From: Oikopleura dioica | Lineage: Eukaryota > Animalia > Chordata | Direction: 5' to 3' | DNA: 64,000 nucleotides | Assembly (NCBI GenBank): GCA_907165135.1 | Contig: OU015566.1 | Span: forward strand, 2,728,001 to 2,792,000 | Notes under the pieces: model-generated | Told to the model about the DNA's origin: nothing | What the model saw: the letters and a program-made list of their open reading frames with translations, nothing else | The model's database searches: none | Position numbers and translations under genes: made by a program | Part shown: piece by piece, positions 23,901 to 35,844 of the stretch | How the letters are laid out: every line of letters starts with the position of its first letter | How positions within the stretch are numbered: position 1 is the first letter of the stretch

Positions 23901-26900
23901 GTTCAAGCTGGATTCGGCTCCGGCAAATCGACGGAAGATTCGACTTGAAGCAAAAATATGACCTCCCGGTTTTCGTAACCGACGGCGAAAACAAAACTCT
24001 TCCAAATCATTACTTGACAAATCCATCAGGAAACTACGTCGACGGGATGAAAAAACTCCTCGAAGTGGAACTCGTCCTTGTCTCCACTGTCCAAGTCACT
24101 GGCAAGCTCATCCATTCGTTTCTCTCCAACCCGTTTGACTTGAGAAATTTCATGGCTCTGCCGGGGGAGGATCCGATTCATCTGATTCACTTCATGCCGC
24201 TGATTATTAACCGGTTGTTGGAAATAACCGCCAGCGACAAGATCGTCGAGCGGCCGAAAATGATCCCTCTTGCTCAGAGAAATACGCGAGCAGGTCCAGA
24301 TGCAGATGAAAACTCGAACCATCATTTCAACGTCATCGAATCAATCCATTCGCAGCCAGAAATGATCACCAAATCAGAACGATTCGCTGACTCTGCTTTT
24401 TCGACTTTTGTCCACATCGTTGCGATTCTGGTCGAAAACGAGCAGAAAGAAAATTTGCTGAAATTTATCGAAAACAAGCTGGATTTGCCGAAGCTTCCGA
24501 ATTTGTTCGATTCGGTCTTGTCCGCGATCGTGAACTTGTTGGATCAGGACTTGATGTCGAATGATCCGAGGAAGCAGCGCCAGGAACAGCTTTTGGTTTA
24601 TTTGGACGTGTTTTTGAAGATTTTGGCGAAGTTGATGTTTCAGCGAATTTATCGAAATCAGCGAAAAGTGAGGAGGAAGTCCGAAATGTTCAATTCGATT
24701 TTTTTAACGAATCTTGAACGATTTGTCTACAAAACTTGCGAGCACATGCATCGACTGAAAAATCATTCTCCTTGGGAACGATCTGTTGATGATTCTCTTC
24801 AATCTAGAGCTCGTAATCCTTCAGGAAAGGTCTCAAAAATTATCGATAACCTTTATTTTTGAATTAATCAGCCGGTTGAAAGGATAGTCTTTCCTTATTT
24901 TTTGAATTTTTTCTTCTTAAAATGTTCGTCCGAAATTCCTATCCCTTTACGTTTGTCGCATTTTTGACACCTTGATTGAAGGTGGTGAGAAATTCCGTAT
25001 AATCCGCGCAGCTGCTTTGGCCCTCACCGACTTTTATAAGTCGATTTACTGGAGCCTCGAAGTTGGTTTTGTCTCCAAACTGGTCGCCTCTACCATCAAC
25101 CATGAGGTGTTCTTTCTCGACCAAAATTTGGACGAACAGAGTCTCAATTTGCGACTCGAGATTTTGAAGAATCTGAGCGAGCACGAAGCGTTTGTCGCTC
25201 TCAACTTTCCCAACTTCGCGGACACTTCGCTAAAAAGCTTGAAATTGACAAAATCATTCGTCGAAAAACACTTTCTCGCTGCTGAACTCCTTCGAATGGT
25301 TCAATTTGGTCTTTCTTCTCCAAGTTCTTCAGTTTCCTACGCGAGAAAGAAATCACTAGAAGCTCTTCTCAACCTCCTGACGAAACACACTCTTGATAGA
25401 AGATATTCTCAGCCAAAGGATCAAAGCCGCATCGACCAGCTTTACAGTCCTTTTATCGGCTTCGTGACTCGCAATCTTCATTCGCTCAACATTGGCTTCA
25501 CCGATTTATCCGAATTCAAGCGCAATCCTTCAATGCGATCCATGCCAAATCTCAATCCAGCTTCTCTCGACCTAGATGCCTTGAAAATGATGCTCAAATG
25601 CTTCTTCCACATCGCCAACAATCTAAATGAAGACATCATCGCTGATTTCTGGGGTCAATGCTCGGCCTCGGAGCTTGAAAACTTCTTCACTATCCTTTCA
25701 ATGGCAGTGCATTTCTTTAAGTTTAAGGAGGCGAAGAAGAATTTTGACAGAATGCCGTCGAATTTAAGGGTCAGTCTCAGGAAAACAGTCACCAAAAAAC
25801 TTGCATGAAAATGAACTTGATTGATCAAATTTGGGTTTATGATAGTGACGCCCTTAAAAAGTGAGTTTAACTTTATGACGGGTAGAGCCTTAAGTCAGCG
25901 AAATCCCTGATTTTCGAGTGCTCGTTTAAAAAGTCCACCTCATTCTTTTACGAAACCTCACTATCATAAGCTCAAAAATCATCTCCAACAAAATCCGCGC
26001 ATTAAAAAATTCTGCGGTCGTTCAAAATGACGACGCATTTTTCTTTCAAACACGTGCGATCACCTTGATTACTCGTTGATTACTGCACTTACTGACCGAA
26101 ACTTTGCTCGAAACAGCTAACTAAAACCCATCGCGAAAAAGCTCTTGAATTTTGAAAAACACAAATTCATGAGGAAAAAAATGGAAAATTCATGAGGCGC
26201 ACCGCAGGAATGGGACCACGTGACCGGGCGAAAAAAATGCCAAAAACGGGTGGTACTCGTCACTTGATCGTTCGGCACACCGAAGCACTTATTTCAAATT
26301 TCGGCGAAATTCGGATGCATTTTTCAATAAAATCATTTTTCCATAACCTTCATTACTGTCATTTAAACAAAATTCCGAATCTTACGGAAATCAACAACGT
26401 TCAAAATTACTCCTGCTTGAATAACCAAAATAATGTGCAAACGCAATTTTCATTTTTTCTTCAATAGGAAACCTCAAACAAGGGTCATTTCCCAGTCAGA
26501 AATATTGCGACAATAGTTCAAACTAAAAACAGCCCGAACGATTCTCCGAAACTCGGGAAAAAATCAACTCAAACTTCTAGACCAGTTTCTCAGGTAAGCA
26601 AACCCTAAACCTAACCCTAACCCTTCATTTTTCAGCAACTGGGAATCACAAATATCCTCTCCCTGGCAGAAAGTTCAGGACTCAGTTCTCGAGTACCGCG
26701 ACCAGCATCGTGGTTGCCCAAGAGTTTCCAAATTGCAAGCAATTCAAAGGACAATTATCAGGGAAATAACGCCGGTAGTGTCAGTTCCACGAGTACTCAA
26801 GAGGTACAACGGAAAAACGTAACGAACGGGCAAGGGGTGCCCACTCTCAAAACGCGACCTTTTGAGGACATGTTTCTAAGTGCTGCGCAGCGGAAAATGG

Positions 26901-29900
26901 ACAGAAGATCTGAAGAGTTTGAGAAGCAGAACTGTAAGAAAATAAAATTTTCAAAAAACGAAAATTAAAAACGAATTTCAGTTTCTCGAGCGGGCGTTTA
27001 CCGCTCCCTCGTATTAACAAACCGCCCTGTTGAGAGTAAGTTGCCCCCAATTAAGATGACCCCACGTAGCGCGGTGGCACTTTTAGTAGATTAGTTCCTT
27101 CTCAAACGCTGGTTTCATGACATTTAATGACTCCAGCCTTATCATGGATTTTTGAAGATCTCGGAAAAAAATAATTTAGGTCTTCCAACTGATGACGACT
27201 GGGCAAAACACGAATCCGCCGAGTTCTCCCTCATCTCTCTCGACCTCCTTCACTTGTACATTTCTGGAGCGCGAAGTACAGTCGCCGAACGCCACCGGGG
27301 AAACAGCCAGCTTCAGAAGAAAATCTTCGAATTGCTTCTTGATCTGCTCGATTTTTGCCAACCTACTTTGGTGCTCCACAATGCTTTCAGTTTGCTGAGG
27401 ATTTATATTAAGGCAAGATCCATCAAACAAGATCGTTTCGGCATCTTCAATGTGCCATAAGTGCCTTTCGTTGCCGGGCAACAGGCGAGAGTACACAAAT
27501 GCTCAAAATCTGTTGACAGTTATCTTGCGTCTGATCTATTAGCTTCCCCGCAAGAAAATCCAATAAAAAAGAGAGAAACGAAGCACACTTGAAAATTTAA
27601 ACACGGAAGTCGATGAAGCAAATTTATTATTTCAGGAAAATCGACAAAGTTTATTCGTGCACCGGACGGACTACTGTCAACGAATCGTGTTTGTACTGCT
27701 CAAGGCATGCAATTCGAGGATTTCCGCGATCAGGCAAAATGCCAGTGCCACGCTCTTCTTTCTGGAAAGAGGCTTAGATGACTTTCAGACGGGATGATGC
27801 CGTTTTTCTTTAAAAAAAAGCCGCTTGCGGCTTCGACAAAAAGCAAAAGCCGCGCTTAGGGTTCGCGAAATTGTGTCAAAAACTGAGCTACTCAAAGAGA
27901 CTCTTGAATTTATCATTATTTTTAATCATCAAGTGTCGCTCTAAAATAGAACTTTGTTGACACCCTTAATATTATACAAAGGGCCCACGCAAGACTCAAA
28001 CTACGGTTCATATAATCCATAGAAACGAAAAACTCTGAGCCTCAAAAAAGATGCAAACGGAAAACAACAATCCGCATTCCAGCCGCCGTGGCTTCCCACG
28101 CTCCCAAATACAGGTATTCTGCTTGAAGAAAATTACTTTCCCAAACACCACCACCCGAGCCTTCTCAACGTGAGTTTCTCTTCAGATTATGGGCGCGATC
28201 TTCCGTCTTATTTCGGAAAAGCGAGTCAACCAGAAACTCTTCCAACTGGCGCTGACTGGATTGAAGCAACTTGCGGGAAATGATACTTACTCAAGCGCTC
28301 TGAGTTTCGCGAAATCGTAAGTTTGTAACAAAAATTCTCAAAATTTTTTTTTTCAAAAAATTTTTCAAAAATTTTTTCTCAAATATTTTTCTCAGAAATT
28401 TTTCACTTTCTTTTTTTTTCACTTTTTTCAGGTCATTTTCTGGCGAAGTAAAAGACCTCATCAAAAAAATCCGAAACGTCCTCGTCTCGACCCAGCAAAT
28501 GAAAGAACACGAAGACGACCCCGAAAAGTTCTCCGATCTGCAGCATACAATGGCGCAGAGCTATTCGGACTCGCCGGAGCATCGGAAAACGTGGCTGCAA
28601 GAAATGGCGCGTCGCCACAGAGAGAACGGAAATCGAATTGAGGCGGCGATGTGCTACGCGCATATTGCCGCGCTTGTCGCCGAGATTCTAAATAAAGCAA
28701 AGGAAAGCGGCTAAACGAAATTTTAGTACTGAACTTTCTTATTGAAGGGACAAGTTTCGATGTCTCATTTTTATTTCTTTCGTCAAAAGAATAAGTTTTG
28801 ATCTAATTTTTAAGGACCATAAGATGATGAAATTTTTTTGATGTTTATAAAACAAGATTATCTAGAATTTGATTCAATAATAACACTTTTTAGACGTATT
28901 TTAATAATTTCACCTTCAGCATACTCTTGCTCAAATACGTTTCAAAATTGATTCCAATAAACGTGTCCGGTTCAGAACTTTTTGTTAAACGAACGAGCCT
29001 AAGACGTGCTTTTTTAAAGTTAACGAAGTTTTCCAGCCCACTTTGGCCATATAGACCGGGTGTAGGGCGGCCACGGTACAAATTTGTACCGCCGTTACAA
29101 ATTTGTACCGCCGGTACAAAAATTTTTGTACCGCCGGTACAAGCCAAAAATAAAATCCGAGAAAAAGTGTGCGCTTCGCGCTAGAATTGAAGGAAACTCC
29201 TTACTGGTATAGCTGAGGTGGAGTTCTGTCCAAAAACGAGCATTATTTTGGGTAAAAATCGGTTTTTATCGCCAAAAAAATTATCATTTTTTGTACCGGC
29301 AGTACAAAATTTGTACCCGCAGTACAAATTTCACTTTTGTACCGCGGCCGCCCGCCCCCCTATAGACCCCCTAACAACATACCTTTTTAGAGAAAAATTC
29401 TAGAAAACTCTACTTCCGGTCGATTCTAGAGCTGGAAGTTGACGAAATTTGGGAGTAATGCTAGAGTGTTACCTATCAAATTGATGCTCAGAAGATTTTG
29501 ACTCATCCTATAATCAATATATCAGAAAAAATAATCCCAAACGGTATCAAACCGACGGGTAAAATTATGTAAAAAAGGCATAAAATTATCAATTTTTTTT
29601 TCTCAGTTTTTTCCGGTTGGTTTGATCCCCGTTGATGTTGATTCTTTTCTTAAATGATAGGAAGTCGTCTGAGCATCAATTTGATAGGTCACACTTCACC
29701 CTAACACCTAAATTTCGTCAACTTTCGGCTTTAGAATCGACCGGAAGTGGAGTTTTCTAGAATTTTGAATGGTCAAAATTCTTAGAATTTTCTGCTGATT
29801 CTAAAAAGGAATGATAAAAGGGGGTCTATATGGCGGAAGTTGGCTGGAAAACTTCGTTTAACCCTATAAAACCAAAATCCCGAGCCCAACAAGTGTAGTT

Positions 29901-31808
29901 TTGGTTGAGCTGGAATTCTAGTAGCCGTGTAAAAGGTGCTCGACTTTGGATGCAAAGAATTTCACGACATTTCCGAAAACATCGCGCGCGACGAGGGAAA
30001 GCCAAAAGAGGACGAGGAGGATCTGTACTCGCCCGCCGATGTGACGGCTAATTTGAGAAAAGCCGCGCATCTGGCTCGACAAGCTGATCAGCCTGAATTG
30101 GTGCCGAAGCTGCTCAGACTGGTCACGCCGCTGGTGGAGAGAGATTTTGATTATGAAAATTTGGCCGAGCTTTTTGGAGAAATGAAACTCGCCGCGGAAG
30201 AATCCAATGAATTTTTGAGGAAAAAAAGATTTCTGGGAAAGTACTACCGAGTCGCGTTTTACGGATCTCACTGGGAGGATGATCAATCAAAGATTTTCAT
30301 CTACAAAGGGAAGGTTCGAACATTTAATATTCTTATCATCATGTTTCACATTTCCACTTGCTCACGTGACGAATTAGTAATCAACACGTGTTACGAAAAA
30401 AAAGAAAAGTTTTCGTTATTTTTTTACCAGAAAAAGCAGTTTTTGCTCGTTAGCGATAAAGAAATGATTGTTGAACCAAATGATAAGAACCGAAAATTAC
30501 GCAGCTCAATGAAGTCAGAGCGAGGCTGGAAGAATTGTATAAGAGACGATTTCCGGGTGCTTTCGAGATTATAACAGATTCTAAGGAAATGATTTTAGAA
30601 AAAGAGCAATAATTTCCGAAACCATAATTTTGTGTTTATTTTGCTTGAATAAGTATTAAGCGATATTGCAATTATTGTTCTCTCGTTTTTACCATTATAG
30701 CCTAGTACTAGAACGACCTTACCTAACATTTTTACCAAACAAAATCACTCAAAAGCCAATATCCGAAGCAGAACTTGACTCCAAGACCGCTTTTCTTCAA
30801 CTCACATCCGTCGAACCCTATTCCGCCAAAACACCATCCTTCTCCACCGATTTCTCCATCAACCACAACCTGAAATCGTTCTCCTACGAAACCCCCTTCA
30901 CCAAGGACGGCAGAGCCCGAACCGATGACGTAACAAAGCAATGGATCAGAAAAACGATCATCTCGACAAAACACGCTTTCCCGTACTGCACAAAGAGAAT
31001 TCAAGTTGCCGCAGAGCATCAAATAGAACTTTCGTTTTGGGTGTCTAAAATTTTCTAGTCGGAAAGATAAGATAGTGGAAATTTCGGGAGCGAGTGGTTT
31101 TGAAAGTTATTTTACCCCACCGCGGGAATTTTGATACAGTCGAAATTTTCGACTCGAAAATGACTGGAAAAAAGCCTAGAAAATCTCCAATGTCTAACAG
31201 ACTTTTTCATATAAGGGGGTAGACATCGTTAAACAAAAATTCGACACCCAATTTTCAGCCTCCTGAAATCGCCATAATCTCTTTGGAGAAGAAAAATTCT
31301 GACCTCAAAGAAGTGGTACGAGAACCTGTCGATGTGAAGAAATTACATCTTTGCTTACAAGGGAGTGTCATGGTTCAGGCAAGGGTCAACTGATTTAATT
31401 TTCAATGCGTCGAGAACATCAACAAATGATGTCTGAAATGATGTCTTACAAGCGGTGTTTTGGAGCGTTTTTTTTCTTACGTGGAGTTTGGATTTCTCTG
31501 GTTGATTGAAAATTGACCCTTTTGTAAAGGTTAATGCTGGTCCAATGACTTACGCTGAAGCTTTTCTTCGCTCTGGCACTGGCGTCATAATATCTCCCCA
31601 CCATCGAAAACGCCTGATCGAAGAATACGAAAAGTTTCTAAATCTTTCCTCCGCAGCGCTAGAAACGAATCAAAATCTTCTCCCGCCTCCGACAAATCCG
31701 CCCTCGAGCGAATGGCGATATCACGAGTCGCTCAAGTCCGGATTCAATCAAATCAAAACTGCCCTTGCTTCCATGGATCTGTTGACCGAGGACCCTAATC
31801 TTGTCTGA
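20922..31808 (+). CDS. DOCK-D family (DOCK9/10/11, zizimin) Cdc42 GEF; may have upstream exons at about 18900-19095 and 19968-20235
   Basis: N-terminal VEPIDFE...ND...LLQLP; PH domain (GWLLK...KKRWAVL...[17 protein letters not shown]); DHR-1/C2 ([38 protein letters not shown]); DHR-2 (KEHEDDPE...[20 protein letters not shown]...[48 protein letters not shown]). Confidence 0.95.
29020..29861. mobile_element. Foldback/MITE-like element with long inverted arms, in a DOCK intron
   Basis: Arms of about 100 bp (29395-29492 versus 29669-29766), plus outer arms TTAACGAAGTTTTCCAGCCCACTTTGGCCATATAGACC versus GGTCTATATGGCGGAAGTTGGCTGGAAAACTTCGTTTAA. Confidence 0.8.
29058..29360. mobile_element. Nested 303-bp MITE with an 8-bp TSD (TATAGACC), inserted in the left arm of the foldback element
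   Basis: TATAGACC at 29050-29057 and 29361-29368. 25-bp imperfect TIRs GGGTGTAGGGCGGCCACGGTACAAA / GGGGGGCGGGCGGCCGCGGTACAAA. Subterminal TTTGTACCG repeats. Confidence 0.75.
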
Positions 31809-32242
31809 AAAGAAGATTTTCTATTAAAAAAATGGGGATGAGAAAAGTCCCGAAGCATTCCATTTCCAAGCTTTATCTATTTAATCACCCGACACCCTTA
31901 TTTTGAAAAGTTCAAAAACTAACCTCAAATATCAAGAAACAGCTAAAATTCGTCTTTTATGAACTTGCCAGAAATTCACTGAAATAAAAATTAACAGAGC
32001 AATATTCTTTTCATCGAACAAGGCCTTTTGGAAGAAGCCTCTCAGAATATTGAACTATCCCTCATCCGGACTTGAGGGTTTTACTATATTCTTGCGGGCT
32101 GGGCAGTTAATCCCAGACCGCTGCTGATTTTCGCGGTCCCTTCTTTCCTAACATCTATCCCAACTTTAGAATGCGACGGATTTTTATATAACAGTATTAA
32201 ATCGCTGATTCGACACTTTCTTCAGTAGATTTCGACTCGAAA

Positions 32243-35200
32243 ATGGCACAAGCTGAAATTCAAAAGCTTCTGGAGCTCGCCGAAAATCGAGAAGGAAGGG
32301 TTTAATTTTTGCGATAAGAAATTCTAGTTTAACCAATAAGATGAACCCTAAAAAAGAGGTCGGAGATCACGATGGTGCTAAAAAATCCTACCAATCAGCT
32401 CTAGAACTCGCCCGTTCGAGCCAAAATGAGCAGCTCAATCTCATCTGCGGCTACAACTTCGGCACAGCCCTTGTAAACACCGGAGAGCCACGAAAAGGGG
32501 TTGAAATTTTGCTCAAGATGCTGAGGTAAGCAAAAAAAAAACTAGGATAGAAAATGTTTTGAAAATCCTTGTGGACTTGAGTTAGCCGGGGCTCGGCGAA
32601 TTATCTTCGCAGTTTTCTCCCGCTTATCGGTCCTGCGTTGGCGCGCTCTCCTGCCGAGCTCTATCAGTCTCAGCGTTAATTGCACGTACTTGGGAATTAT
32701 TCTCAAGGCTGTTGGTTCAGTTATCAAGGGCTTATTTCAGATTTTTTTCGAACTCAATAATTTGGTCATTAATTTCGACATATTCGAGTGGCGATTTCTA
32801 ACCAATCAGAAGCCTGAATTCGGTTCACCCGCCAATCAGCAGCCGAGAAGCCGCCCACGTAAAATTTGTCGAATTTTCGTCGCTTTTTGACGCCACCTAG
32901 ATATTCCATCATTGTGAAGTAAGGGTGTCACTATGATATCTTCAAAATCGCGATAAATTAAGATAACGATCTAATTCTAGTCTTCTCCCAGGCGGAGACG
33001 AGCCTAAAGTCATCAACGAGCAGCACTTGTACTACAACCTCGGCATCGGCATGGCCTACATCGGCGACTGGAAGAGCTGTTTCGAAGTGATGCAGAAGAT
33101 CATCAATCCGAATTTGTACGCGAAGGCGGCAATTACGCGCGGCAAGGTGAAAATTACACGAAATCAGAAACACCGCCCAAAATATAAATTTCACATTCGT
33201 GGGAAATCTAGCCGTTTTTAGGCGGCGGAACGAATGCGCGAGTTCGACAAAGCTTTGGAAGAACTGTCGATTGCTAGAAAAGCAGCTGAGGCGAGCAGGG
33301 ACTATGCTACTTTGGCACAAGCGTGGTTTATTGAGGAAAAGTTCTCGAAATTAACTGAACGGAGTATTTCTCCGTTAGAAACAAAACTTTTAATCTGGCG
33401 ATCTTAACCTCTTTCCGTGCGATAAAAATCTCGTTCATCCCCTTTTCGTGTTTCGACAAACTCGTGAGCTTGGACTAGGGAAAAGTCAATCTGGCCACGG
33501 ACGAGCCGAAAAAAGCTCAACGTGCTCTTCAAAATGCCGCGCTCATGTCTGACAAAATAGAAGGTGATAATAATCATAATAAATTCAACGTTAAATAAGC
33601 CTCTTTTGTTTCCTAGACGACCAAGAGAAAACGGAACACAAGACGCAACTGGCAGAGGCAATGATAGAGGCGAAGTTGTACGAAGACGCCCATGTTACGC
33701 TCAAAGGAGCAAAGAACAATCCAAGAGGTACGAGTTAGAAAATTATATTTGACTCCCTTAACTTAAAAACAAAAAATTTTTTTTTCAATGAGAAATTTTT
33801 TAAATAAAAATAATTTTATTTTAATTATTTATTAATGATAATAAATTATTTTGCAAAATAATTATTTTATTAAATAAATTAATAAAATAGTTAAAATTAT
33901 TAAATAAAATAATTATTTTTTTTTATAAAAATTCCTAAATATCAGTCGAAAATGCTTATTCAGGTCATTATCTTGCCGCAACAAATTTCGCCTCAACCGG
34001 CGATTTCCAAAACGCCATTTCCTCCTACGAATCCGCCTCAAAAGGCTACCTCCTCGATGGAAACCTAGAAATGGCCGGCTTATGCTATCTCGGCGAAGGA
34101 AAATGCTTGAAGCGAATGAAAAAGTTTGACGAAGCCCTAGCCGCTTTCAACAATGCTCTAGCGACTTTCGAGGACATTACAATTTCTTCGCATGGTAAAG
34201 TTTTAAAGAACACTTTTTTCAAAAATGCGCTGCGAATTCCTCGAGGACCAGGAGGGCGGACAAGGTCGCCAAGGTCGGATTCCGAGAGTTCTTTGTGACT
34301 TTCTTCGTTTTCTTGCGGGGCATTCCTTATGCGTTGGCGCATATTTTTGTTGAATACTTGACTTACTGAGCCGCGATTTTAGGAAAGACGAATGGATTGA
34401 TGGGCTCAAATGCGAGTATTGGCGAAACGTTGGTGAAACTCAACTCAACTGATGATGCTCTTACTCCACTCAAAGAAGCAGCTGCGATAACTCATGCCGA
34501 GCAACAGAGGCTCCAAAGACAACAAGAAAAACTACAGGTAAAAAGACAATAAGGCGAAGCTCCTGTGACCGGAGCAAAAAGAAAACGTTTCCTAAAGGGG
34601 CAAATTTGAGTGCTCGCGTCAACAGTAGCACTTTCGGATGCATTTCAAGAGTCACAAAATGCACGAGTCGGAAAATGCGAGTCTCGCCCCTTTTAGAACT
34701 CTCCGTCAAAATTTAAACCAACGAAGCAAAAACAAGATTATTCACTTCATTTTTCAACCAAATTTTCAGCGACTGATCAAAAAAGCAAGCCGCGGAGGAA
34801 AAAATGACGATTCTTTTTCCGAAACAGCTTCGTATGCTTCTCTCCCTGTGGTGGTACCTCCTTCTGTGACGAATTCGCTGCAATCGGCTGGTGGTGGAGT
34901 TTTGCTACAGCGACCGTTTTTGCAGAGGCCGACGAAAAATGGACTTTCTTATAAAGCGCAATTATTGATGAGCAGACCGAAAATTTCTCAAAAGGTAAAA
35001 AAGAGAATTTTTATGAAAATTTTCAATTTTTTTATATATAATTTTTCATTTAGGAAGGAATTGACGCTGCATTATCCGGCCGAGCGCCATCCAAAAGTGC
35101 CAAAAATGTGATCCCGTCTCTTCCCAATCCTCAGCCCTTGAACCGCGGCAGAAGAGCCCACGGTTCCGGGCGAGAAGAAAGACCCGGCACAGCAAGCAGA

Positions 35201-35412
35201 TTCGCTCTGAGGTAAGATTCAAATCGAATCAATCGCCGCCCCGAAATCCTTTCAGCGATAAAGTGATTAATTATGTAGCCCGCAAATTTATAAAACTGAA
35301 AATTTACGATTTTAGAACATCGCAGTTGGATGAAAGTTCAGACGAAGAAAATCCCAAATCGGCGAAAATGATTTTGAAGGAATATGACGAGGGACTAAAT
35401 TCTGTTGGTTGA
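32243..35412 (+). CDS. Tetratricopeptide repeat protein, TTC24-like
   Basis: TPR exons GDHDGAKKSYQSALELA...ICGYNFGTALVNTGEPRKGVEILLK, HLYYNLGIGMAYIGDWKSC and AGLCYLGEGKCLKRMKKFDEALAAFNNAL, then a low-complexity C-terminus ending EYDEGLNSVG*. The NFG/NLG-AxV.TG.P.xG.ExLL motif resembles TTC24. Confidence 0.75.
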
Positions 35413-35844
35413 AGACTCTTTAAAAAAATTTTTTTGTATGGAAAATTTTTATTTTGTACTGAGATTAAATTTAATATTATTCAAGAAAATCCTTTGCCTG
35501 AAAAAATGAGGAATCACGATAAACGGGATCAGGAAGGAAAGAGCTTATAGAAGCTCTTAGCTGCTTATCTTATTTTGCAAGCTTGATTTTGCAAGTTGCA
35601 TAAGTCGCGATTTAGGTTGGTACGAAAGAAAGGGCTCCCAGCGGGAGACGGAGAAGCGGTTATCGCCGTGCGTCTAGATAAGGGACCACAACCACAACCA
35701 CAACGAGACACGTGCTCGACCGGAGCCTTTTAGCACCACTTTTGGAAACACAGCGGGTTCATTTTCAAAACAGCAATTTTCATAGGCACGAGATAATTAC
35801 AGCCCTTCTTACAAGCAAAAACATTTAGCAGTTAAACATTAATT

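Noticed and set aside
28890-29403. Short ORFs in the DOCK intron as possible transposase remnants
   Set aside because: They derive from subterminal repeats of non-autonomous elements; no DDE or BED-finger motifs were seen.
33770-33930. Extremely AT-rich tracts (also 39770-39930 and 43860-44020)
   Set aside because: Low-complexity intronic or intergenic DNA with no period, symmetry or shared sequence that I could establish.
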